A stretch of DNA of 63,912 bases, the filler included, from Octopus bimaculoides (Eukaryota), in assembly GCF_001194135.2 (NCBI RefSeq). It is 3 parts of 3 records of this genome, joined end to end, with 100 filler letters (N's around TTAATTAATTAA, not from the genome) between each part and the next. Parts side by side here need not be neighbours in the genome. Positions count along the whole stretch, not along the records: positions 1 to 28,659 come from NC_068998.1; 2 more parts are not named here. One strand, written 5' to 3'. The notes under the pieces are model-generated. The model saw only the letters and a program-made list of their open reading frames with translations. It was not told the DNA's origin and made no database searches. Below are positions 1 through 9,769 of the stretch, one piece after another. The translations under genes were made by a program, and so were the position numbers. How positions within the stretch are numbered: the stretch's first letter is position 1; the number at the start of each line of letters is the position of its first letter.

Positions 1-202
1 ATTAGAAGAACACCATCACGTGACCTTATTAGGGGCTGTGATTGGTCGATTTGCGCTCTGGCGGGAACGGTACGAGGCAGTTGCCGCTTCAAATAATAAT
101 CAGTCACGTGATGGATACAGTAGGCTGCTCTCTACTACGCCCGAACTTGATTATATTTATAACAGCGAGAGAAGATGGTTTGTTTGTATATAATGGCGAT
201 AG
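1..202 (+). promoter_or_regulatory. CpG-rich promoter-like region upstream of SRP19
   Basis: Locally CpG-rich. TCACGTGA E-boxes at 16-23 and 104-111, ATTGG (reverse CCAAT) at 41-45, GGCGGGAA (E2F-like) at 60-67. Lies ~2.8 kb upstream of the first clear SRP19 exon. Confidence 0.55.
111..202 (+). CDS. SRP19: Candidate first coding exon of SRP19 (uncertain)
   Basis: ATG at 111 opens a stop-free frame (MDTVGC...VYNGD-R) ending in phase 2 at AG|GTAGTT (202/203). This is the phase needed to join exon 2990 and gives ...GDR|WIC, comparable to vertebrate ...QDRFIC. The N-terminus is longer than expected and the donor is weak. Confidence 0.3.
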
Positions 203-1039
203 GTAGTTTCACTACATATATATATGTATATACACACACGTATGTATATATATGTATCTATATCTGTCAGGTACACAGTGACCGACAACAGAATGTTATT
301 GTCAAGTCTACTGTGTGTCTGACAATATATGCCTAGGTTGCAAATGAAAGTGTAAGGGGGCCGTGGCCATTTGTGTGGTGATCACGTTTTATTCGTTAAT
401 TTTCAATCATCAACCAATGAACGATCGTTTGATGAGAATTTTATGTTACTCATTTTCGCCTTCTCTTCATTGCATGGTATGTCATTTTAGATTTTGCTAA
501 TGATTTTCTAAAAATTAATATTATTAGTAATTTTTTAAAATACATTTCTTTATAGTACAGCTTATAATATACTAGTTGCTGTTCAGTATCTCTCCTTATG
601 ATAAACAGATATGACTATTATTATCAATTTTATCGTACATTTTTTAAAATTGTGACAGTCACATTATTTTAATTGGTCTGTGTCTGGGTGTCAGTTTATT
701 AGAGGCTGCCACACCATTAGGAGAAATACAGTACATATATAAAATATTACAAGCATTACCTTAAAAAGTACAGAACGAGAATTGAAAAATATGCACGCTC
801 AAAGGGGTTACAGAATGTCATAAACCTTATGGGGCTAGCATTGTTGCTCAAAAATATTGGAATCACTATATGTTGTACATTCTGTGGCATCCTTTTATCA
901 CAAGAAATTTGTTTAGTTCATCGAAATTAAGTTATATTAAAAATTAAGTTAAATTATTGTATACTTGATTTTAACGAAACAATTGTGTACAAATACTAAT
1001 GTCATGTTTATGCAATAATTCAATATATGAATTATTCTT

Positions 1040-1250
1040 TTATTTGTTTCAATTATTTGACTGTGGCTATGCTGGAGCATCGCCTTTAGTCGAACAAATC
1101 GACCCCAGGACTTATTCTTTGTAAGCCTAGTACTTATTCTATTGGTTTCTTTTGCCGAACCGCTAAGTTACAGGGACGTATGCATGCCACCATCGGTTGT
1201 CTAACAATGGTGGGGGGGACAAACACAGACGCACAGACACATACATACAT
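1040..1250. mobile_element. Octopus-type SINE/short repeat; related copies at 2010-2205 (opposite orientation) and 36262-36460
   Basis: Shared core gctggagcatcgcctttagtcgaacaaatcgaccccaggacttattct...gaaccgctaagttac in all three copies. Confidence 0.8.
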
Positions 1251-1387
1251 TCCTTTCCTGAGCGTCCAGTAACACAATATCTGTATCACATCCTCACGTT
1301 GTTGTTTTTTGTTGTTTTTCTTGNNNNNNNNNNNNNNNNNNNNNNNNNNNNNATATATATATATATATATATATAAATCTAGAATGG

Positions 1388-1545
1388 GCTTCTTTCAGTT
1401 TCCGTCTGCTAAATCCACTCACAAGGCTTTGGTCAGCCTGAGGCTATAGTAGAAGACACTTGTCCAAGGTGCCACGCAGTGGAACTGAACCCAGAACCAT
1501 GTGGTTGGTAAGGAAGCTACTTGCCACACAGCCACTACTGCGCCT
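1388..1545 (-). mobile_element. CORE-type tRNA-derived SINE
   Basis: Reverse complement of the family at 4105-4262; carries a CORE-like (g/c)accttgg(g/a)caagt motif and a microsatellite tail. Confidence 0.8.
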
Positions 1546-2989
1546 ATAATAATGATAATTTTCATAAATCTACAAGTAATTAATCAAAAATAGTTTAGTA
1601 ATAATTTGTTTAATTTGCATAACTATTCCATTAATATGTGTATCATAATGTGAATTATCTTTGCTTATAATTATTTCAGTTTTGTACTTTAACTGTTATA
1701 CATCCAATTTCTTTTTTCATTATCATGGTAATTTGCATGCAGGGTGACATATGTTGTTTTATATACTTTGGTATGTAAAGTATTATAATGAATTTTCATA
1801 TTCATATTTTGTACATTTTCAAATTTTTATAATAAGAACTTGGTTTAATAATTATCATGACAACCTAATTCACACATGAGTCTCTTTTTGTTTTAAGATG
1901 CCACAGAATGAACAACATATAGTGATTCCAATAATGCTAGTCCCATACCTTTTAAGGTTTATTATGACATTCTGTAACCCTTTTGAGCTTGTGCATTTTT
2001 CAATTCTAGTGTATCTATCTATGTCTGTGTTTGTGTCTGTATTTGTCCCCCTATCATTGCTTGACAACTGATGTTGGTGTGTTTACGTCACCATAACTTA
2101 TCGGTTTAGCCAAAGCGACCGATAGAATAAGTACTAGGCTTATAAAGAATAAGTCCTGGGGTTGATTTCTTCGACCCAAACCCTTTAAGGTGGTGCTCTA
2201 GCATGACCCAGAGGTACCATCAATTTGTCAACTTTCATTTCACTTTGAAAATAAAGAAATAAACATCAACTGGTTCTAATTTTACTGTAAAAACCGTTTT
2301 ACAAGACAGCCACAAGTTTAAGTATATTATGCTTTGTTGGAATTGGTTCCTGAATGAGTGGGAAATCTCATTACCTGTTGCTGCTGCAAGGAAAATAAGG
2401 TGATTCTTAAGATGTCAAAACATGAGTTATATTGTGTATAGCTTTGACAGACAAAGAGTGTCAGAATGACAGACACATCGAATAATAAGTTTCGGAACCC
2501 ACATTTGGTGCTTAGCATGGAAGAACATTTAATATTTGAATATCTTATATTTTCTAAAAAAATATATTTTTCTCACAATGTAGATTTGACACATTGTAAA
2601 GACTGAGAGCTGTTCCATTTTCAACTACTCTGGTATCTAACAGAACATCTATCGTATCATTAATTTTCAAATCAAAGTACCTCTCACAATTGCAACTAAA
2701 ATTTGGGTGACTGAAATGTCTTAATTCCATCAATTATGATAAAAAAGATTTCTTTTGCAGACATTTGTTGTTATGTTTCCACAAAAGACTTTTCCATCTT
2801 TGATGACATAAAAATATTTGGTTATTTTCATTGATTGTTTTCATCAATCTGACTGTCCAGAAATGTTCATAATATTGTCAGATCCGTGTTTGCAAAGGAA
2901 ATATTATTTATATTCAGTAAAATAGCCAACCCACGTCAAAACATTTCTTAATACTCTAAAGCTAATTACCACTTTCTTAATTTTCTTAG

Positions 2990-3065
2990 GTGGATTTGTT
3001 TGTATCCAGCTTATATCAACAGCAAAAAAACTACTAAAGAAGGTCGGAGAATTCCAAAAGAAAAG
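2990..3065 (+). CDS. SRP19: SRP19 internal coding exon (76 bp)
   Basis: ttttcttAG acceptor, GTatga donor. Translates (R)WICLYPAYINSKKTTKEGRRIPKEK, the conserved SRP19 IYPAY..SKKT..EGRRIP motif. Confidence 0.97.
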
Positions 3066-3235
3066 GTATGAATTATTTAATATTAGCACCTTTATGTATA
3101 ATATGAATAATGAGATATAATTAAATATCTATGAATTATATTCTCTCAGTATAATTCTGGTATTTCAAGCCTGATGACTTTTTAATTTTCATTTCTCATT
3201 GATATAGATGTGACTAATGTAAGTGGTTCATCATT

Positions 3236-3420
3236 CGTTCATCGTTTAACGTCCACTTTCCATGCTAGCATGGGTTGGACGATTTGACTGAGGACTGGCA
3301 AGCCAGAAGGCTGCATCAGGCTCCAATCTGATCTGGCAGTTTCTACAGCTGGATGCCCTACCTAACACCAACCACTCCAAGAATGTAGTGGGTGCTTTTA
3401 CGTGCCACCGGCACGAAGTG
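3236..3420 (-). mobile_element. RTE-family 3' end fragment; same family at 7885-8075 (-) and 59580-59870 (-)
   Basis: Reverse complement of the 3' terminus of the RTE element at 11960-12116, including the (TGA)n tail. Confidence 0.75.
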
Positions 3421-3653
3421 TGTGTGTGTGTGCATATATATATATATATACATACATACATATGTATGTATGTGTGTATATATGAGTATATACACATCAT
3501 CGTTTTAATTTTACATCTACTTTTCTAGGCTGGCATAGGTTGAAGGAATCATTACAATCTCAGCCAGTTTTTATATGAATAAATTGCTTCTCTGGATGTG
3601 TCAAGGACCACATCTCACTTGTACTTTCCATTTTAGCATGGTTTCTACAGGAG

Positions 3654-3690
<37 letters not shown>

Positions 3691-4104
3691 ATAAAAGCCA
3701 TACAAAAAATAAGATAAAACAAAACAAAACAAGAAAACAGGATGGTCATTACAGGAACACATTTGATCCATGCGTCCACTTGCTCAATACTGATCTTGGG
3801 GAAGATGAGGTGTTGAAACAACAACAACAACAAAATAAAAAACTAATAGAGAAGCTCAGTTCTCTACTTACCAATGTCATATTCATGGAATATACAATAT
3901 TCGGCACAGCCAGAATTTATGCTGGAAAGCGGAACGAATAAATTCTTCAGTCTTTACAACTAAGTGCTATTCTTACATCATTCAATTTTCCAACAAGGAA
4001 CCTTCACCCAAAACCAACCATGATGCCTGTGGGTAAAGATTGAACGACTCTACTTTGTCCCAAGCATTAGGCCTCATACCTACTTTGTATGTGTATATAT
4101 GTGT

Positions 4105-4260
4105 GTCGTGGCTGTGTGGTAAGTAGCTTGCTTCCCAACCACATGGTTCCGGGTTCAGTTTCACTGCATGACACCTTGGGCAAGTATCTTCTGCTATAGC
4201 CTTGGGCCAACCAAAGCCTTGTGAGTGGATTTGGTAGACAGAAACTGAAAGAAGCCTGTC

Positions 4261-4262
<2 letters not shown>
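4105..4262 (+). mobile_element. CORE-type tRNA-derived SINE; other copies at 17669-17800 (+), 36603-36690 (-), 59905-60040 (+)
   Basis: tggctgtgtggtaag (A-box-like), ggttccgggttcag (B-box-like), gacaccttgggcaagt CORE-like motif, (TA)n tail. Confidence 0.8.
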
Positions 4263-4297
<35 letters not shown>

Positions 4298-5226
4298 NNN
4301 NNNNNNNNNNNNNNNNNNNNNNNNNNNNNNNNNNNNNNNNNNNNNNNNNNNNNNNNNNNNNNNNNNNNNNNNNNNNNNNNNNNNNNNNNNNNNNNNNNNN
4401 NNNNNNNNNNNNNNNNNNNNNNNNNNNNNNNNNNNNNNNNNNNNNNNNNNNNNNNNNNNNNNNNNNNNNNNNNNNNNNNNNNNNNNNNNNNNNNNNNNNN
4501 NNNNNNNNNNNNNNNNNNNNNNNNNNNNNNNNNNNNNNNNNNNNNNNNNNNNNNNNNNNNNNNNNNNNNNNNNNNNNNNNNNNNNNNNNNNNNNNNNNNN
4601 NNNNNNNNNNNNNNNNNNNNNNNNNNNNNNNNNNNNNNNNNNNNNNNNNNNNNNNNNNNNNNNNNNNNNNNATATATATATAATGTATAAATATGTATAA
4701 ATATATGTATATATATACATATAAACTCTGTCAAATGTTAGGTGGGATACCTCAAAATAGTTGATTGCTTCTGTTAGCTAGGTGACCAAGTCAGCACTGA
4801 ATGTGGATGCTCCGAGAGCATAGCTGGTAGAATAAGAATAGGCTGGACAAAGTTCAGAGAGCTTCTACTTTTGTTGGTAACTAATTCTAATTTCTGTTTA
4901 AAAAGAAAGAAAAAAGATTAAGTCCAATTTCAGGCTAAAATACTGGCTCTTCCATTATCTTTAGATAAAAATTACATAGCAATAAATATTTCCATTAATA
5001 ATTATATATTCCATACAACACAGTTGATCAGGAAATAGAAAATATTGCATTAATCTTGTATATACTAACTTAATAAAATGTTCGTATGAAGAAAGGGATT
5101 TTTAAAAATTATTCTTTAACAGATATAGTTTAAATATATCCTGTTGATAATTACATATCTCTTTATTAGTCTTTTAATTAGTTGTATTGTTTTGATTTAT
5201 TTGAAATTATTTTCTCTTCCATCTAG

Positions 5227-5298
5227 GCTGTTGATAATCCAACTTTTATAGAAATCCGAGATGTATGCGCAGCTGCTGGAATGACTATATCTCCAGAA
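5227..5298 (+). CDS. SRP19: SRP19 internal coding exon (72 bp)
   Basis: ctAG acceptor, GTaatt donor. Translates AVDNPTFIEIRDVCAAAGMTISPE (human AVENPTATEIQDVCSAVGLNVFLE). Phase 0/0. Confidence 0.96.
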
Positions 5299-5679
5299 GT
5301 AATTTAATTTTTATCAATATTATATAAAGAGTTTGTTTCTATTTTAATCTCTGCCTATTGCTATTTGTGAGCATTTGTTTTATTCAGCAGTTTTTTTTTG
5401 TGTAATTCCTGCTGTTGACGAATGGGTTTTTAACTGGAGATTTACACTTAAAATATATATTAGTGTTCAGCTTTTAAATTTCATGGTAAACATTTTCCCA
5501 GAGAATTTTATCTATCACTTCTAATTATTCGTCTAGACAGTAGAAGCCTTAAAATTCAATTATCATTCAGACTTCACTAATTGTAAATCCTTTTATATAT
5601 TTAGTGCCTCAACTTGTAACAATTCTTCTTCATTAAATTTTCAAAATCAGGAGCTTACTGATGTTTCTCTTGAAGCATC

Positions 5680-5978
5680 TATGAATTGCTTCCATCCCCA
5701 GGATGGAGCAATAGTTTAGCTTAACTTGAAGAACACATTCAGCTAGCAGAGCAGGAGATAAATCCTGAAATGTTTCAAAATGTGTTTCATAACACTAAAA
5801 ATAGATTTGAAATTTTTAGGGATACAGACAGAGTACATATTGAAAAGTTTCTCTAAAATTTCGACCTGAGATTTATAAATCTATTTGTTTTGGTATAATA
5901 ATTAATAAACATAAAATTCTGTCAGATTTTTTAAAATTTGCCTGATTACATTGAAATAGTTAATTCTGGGACACCCTG
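5680..5978 (+). mobile_element. Old Tc1-like transposon 3' remnant
   Basis: Peptide LEEHIQLAEQEINPEMFQNVFHNTKNRFEIF resembles a Tc1 C-terminus; ends in gggacaccctg|TA, a TIR-like end plus TA. Confidence 0.5.
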
Positions 5979-6149
5979 TATAGTACTGAAACAATTTTCT
6001 TGAAATACATACATTGGTTCAAGAAAAATATTTAAGAACATGATCATACAAATCTCTTAATTAATTATAAAAACTAAGAAACTATATTTAAGTGGTGAAG
6101 AATTTGTGTTGCTAATGTCAGATACAACCATAGAAATTCCTCTGGAAAG

Positions 6150-6900
6150 ATCTGCATAGACAAAATAAGAACAATTTTACTGTCAAATGACACAGTTTAT
6201 AAAAGAATTGCAGAAACTAACCACCTTGTGCAAGAATTAAAGAAGGTACTAAATATGTGATTCAGTTAGACAAATCAACTGACATTATGAAAGCAGCTCA
6301 ATTATTGATATTTGTCAGATACATGGAAACAGTGTGTTCAAGGACGTACTGTTTTGTCAATCATAATAATATAACAATTAAAGATGTTTCCTTCAGAGTA
6401 AACCATTTTTCTAAAGAAGTAGGGTCTAGAATGGAATAACTGTGTTATGTATCATTGATACAACTATAATGATGGGGTTGGGGTAGAGACAAAATGCAGG
6501 GTTTCAAACTGAAGTTGAATTTCTAAGCAATGAATTCATTGAATGATTTATCAAGAGATATTAGTAACTAAATGCATTTTTTTTCATAACTAATTTCAGT
6601 AATACAGGATTCAGTTAAAGATTATCAATTTTTATTTTTAAAGTCACATATTGAATTGCCATCTATTTTCTAATTTATAAGATATGAGATTCAAGTTCAG
6701 CAAACTTTTACTGCACACAGAATTGTAATGTCTGCCAAAGAGACAAGCTTTGATGTGACTATTAGACTTAAATAGTGAATTAATAATATTTTTAGCAGAA
6801 AAGGCCTCAAATCTTGCAGAATTCATGATGAGAAATTATACTAATTGTCAAACAGATTTGGAATCTTAATGAACATAGAATTGCAGCTCAGTCAATTAGC
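6150..6900 (+). mobile_element. hAT (Charlie/Buster, ZBED5/FAM200-like) transposase fossil in an SRP19 intron
   Basis: Fragments LSNDTVYKRIAE, IQLDKSTDIMKAAQLLIFVRY and LLLHTEL match Buster/Charlie transposases; many stops and frameshifts. Confidence 0.75.
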
Positions 6901-7294
6901 CAACTTTCTAACTTCATTTACTGTATGTGTGCATCAGTAATTTCTTATGTGTCCTCATGATGAGAATCCTTATTGCTTATCTGAAGTCTTCCCTGTCAAA
7001 CTACCAGAAATACCACTATTCAGTATTGCAGTTCTACCTATTATTTCCCCACATATCAAGTTGTATCTTGCATTTTGTTCACTCTTCTTTAGAATCTACT
7101 GACATAGAAATTAGATTTATAATACAAATTTGCCAAGACAACACTTTAAAGGTAGAATATTTTTGAGATTTGTTTGTACCCCTGCTAGCTTTAATTTTAA
7201 TCCTTTTCTATAAAATGGATTCGTCCAAATCCATTTGGATGCTAAGCTGATACTAGTCAACCTCATTTTAGCCAGATCTTTTCTTTATGTTTAG

Positions 7295-7406
7295 AGTAAA
7301 GTGTATCCCCGTGAACTTGACCATCGTGATAATAAAGCCCTGGGACGCATCCGTATTCAGCTGAAGCAGGAAGATGGTTCAGCAGTACTAGAAGAATTCA
7401 AAACGA
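7295..7406 (+). CDS. SRP19: SRP19 internal coding exon (112 bp)
   Basis: tttAG acceptor, GTgagt donor. Translates SKVYPRELDHRDNKALGRIRIQLKQEDGSAVLEEFKT(R), with the conserved GR.R.QLKQEDG motif. Confidence 0.97.
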
Positions 7407-9016
7407 GTGAGTTGTCTCCCTTGTTTTATTTTGTATCTTTTTTTACCACAATTATTTAAACACATTTTGAGGTTTTGTTTTGTTTTTATCAATCTTGTTT
7501 AAAGCTGGGGAGAATGCTTCGACATTTTTAGTTAAATTTGTGATTGAATGATCTTTTCAGCTTGCATAGGTATTTAAGTGAATTATTTAGGCATAATCAG
7601 ATGAAGGAGAAGAGACATTCCCTTTAATGTGTTTAAAAGATAGAGGATAAAAAAGACAAATTCAGTGGAGCAAAGCCTGTTGTGGTAATGGTAGAAGGTT
7701 TGCTCAGGAGTGGGTTAGACTGGACTTTGTTACATATGAAAGACAGTTCTTCCTTAAAGCCACCGATTTTAATTAATGATCTGTAGCAGTAATTGTGCAG
7801 TTACTGTTAACTGTAAATCAGTCTCTAATGAATTTGTAATTTAAAATTTGTTAAATTCTTAACTTCAGTTAATGTTGTTTTTTATCATCATCATCGTTTA
7901 ACGTCTGCTTTCCATGCTAGCATGGGTCGGACAATTTGACTGAGGATTGGCGAACCAGATGGCTGCACCAAGCTCTAATCTGATCTGGCAGAGTTTCTAC
8001 AGCTGGATGCCCTTCCTAACGCCAACCACTCCGAGAGTGTAGTGGGTGCTTTTTACATACCACCGGCATAAGAGCCAGTCAGGTGGTACCATATAATCCA
8101 AAAGTTCTTTTTCTAGAAATCAAATCCATTCTAGATTTATCAATAGATTAAGTAAATCAAGATACGAATAAAATGAAACAAGTAGTAGTTACTACTATTG
8201 ATTTGAGTAGATTGATGTATGTATTTACTCTTATTTGCTATACTAGATACTAGCATGCTATATGAGTTCAATTTTAATGTGTTAATACATATGAAGGTAG
8301 GTATTATAATGTGAAATCCTTTTGAGACGTGTGATTTTTTTGGAGTATCTTTTTAAATTAGCAGTTTAAAGAAAGCTCTCCTCACTCTTCATGGAAAATG
8401 TTATGACTTGTGATAGTGAGAATTCTTGTCAAATGAAATTGTCCATTTAGTAGTGGATGCTTGTGTGTGATGAGTTCAATGTGGACTAGACTGTTGTTCG
8501 CTTATCATCACAAATAAACTGTTATCAAAGTTAGCGTCAAGGTCGGTCAAATAAAGTGGCTTATTTTGGCTTGCAGGAGGAGTTGAACTCACTACTACCA
8601 ATTAATAAACCACTTGTTAATTATACTGCTCTGCCTCTGTAAATATCATTGGCATTTCCTTCTTCCACAGTATCTCTTTACAGTTATATTGACAGCTATT
8701 TTAGAGTGAAAATATGCATCATTGATTTAGTTTCAGCGACAGGATAGAAACTGGTAACTTCTTGGCTAGTTGTTCAAAAGTTTCACCACTCTGTGTTCCA
8801 GGGAATTTTTATATTAGCTAGAAAACATAAAAGGATCTGAAGAATCTGGATAATTCTAATTTGTCCAGAATTGCTTCCAAATTCATTTTAATGTATATTC
8901 CATTCTGTATTTCAAAGCATATGTCATCATAAATATGTATAAATTTATGTTAATATATCTACTCTTCAATCAGTATGTCATAATACATGTAATTTTTATA
9001 TATTGTTGATTTTTAG

Positions 9017-9153
9017 GGACTGATATTTTCTTGTATGTTGCCAAAACTATTCCAAAGCTGAAGACCCGGCAGCAATCTCAGTCAAGCTCTCAATCTTCTA
9101 ATCAACAACCAGGTGGTAAAGGACCGAAGAAAAAAGGAAAAAAAGGACGTTAA
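9017..9153 (+). CDS. SRP19: SRP19 terminal coding exon
   Basis: ttttAG acceptor in phase 1. Translates (R)TDIFLYVAKTIPKLKTRQQSQSSSQSSNQQPGGKGPKKKGKKGR-stop, with IPKLKTR and the Lys-rich tail typical of SRP19. Confidence 0.96.
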
Positions 9154-9174
9154 TTACTGACCATATTTTATAGT

Positions 9175-9180
9175 AATAAA
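9175..9180 (+). terminator. Polyadenylation signal of SRP19 (a second AATAAA lies at 9521-9526)
   Basis: AATAAA 22 nt after the stop codon. Confidence 0.55.
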
Positions 9181-9769
9181 GCTGAACTAAATTTAATTAA
9201 CAAGTATCATGTAAAAGTTATTACTTTAGCCTGATAATTTCTCTTATTCAATTAAATTAGTGATAAAGTTTGAAATTATCAAAAAAAAAACCCCACATTT
9301 CTTTTGTATTCCATGTCGCCACATAAACTATTTTTTTCAGCACATATTTGAAATATTTTATTTTATATGCTTAATTTCATCTCTCTAATGTGGTTTATCT
9401 CTCTGAGATTAAGAAAATAAGTAACAGTAAAATACTGGGGTTTACTTCCTCTTCTGTAACCCTTTCCCATTTCATATCTTTGTTCCTAAGGTCACACTCG
9501 CTTTAAAAATTAGACATAACAATAAATGTGAAACTTCAAAACAAAGTTGTTTGAATGTTTCTGTTTTTAATTCACAAATATTAGATATTTAACTGTAACA
9601 GGGTCACTTTTCCTGTTGGTTTAAATACAATGCACATACACACACACGCGTGCATGAAGGTATGTAGGCTAGTAGTCTTTCTTGGCTATTTTGTCTTGTA
9701 TAGATGAAACTTTACTAGTCAACTAAGTGTCATTGTCTGCTGGCTGGTGCAAAGTCTCATTCAGACCTA

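Larger units (their letters stand above)
778..2007. repeat. Inverted repeat pair (778-891 and 1897-2007) in the SRP19 5' intron
   Basis: The reverse complement of 778-891 (gatgccacagaatgtacaacatatagtgattccaata...gacattctgtaacccc...ttttcaattct) aligns with 1897-2007 apart from small indels. Confidence 0.85.

Noticed and set aside
8455-8522. Hairpin (tgtgatga...tcatcaca) in an SRP19 intron as a pre-miRNA or snoRNA
   Set aside because: The stem is only ~13 bp with mismatches, there is no suitably placed D box and I recognise no mature miRNA.
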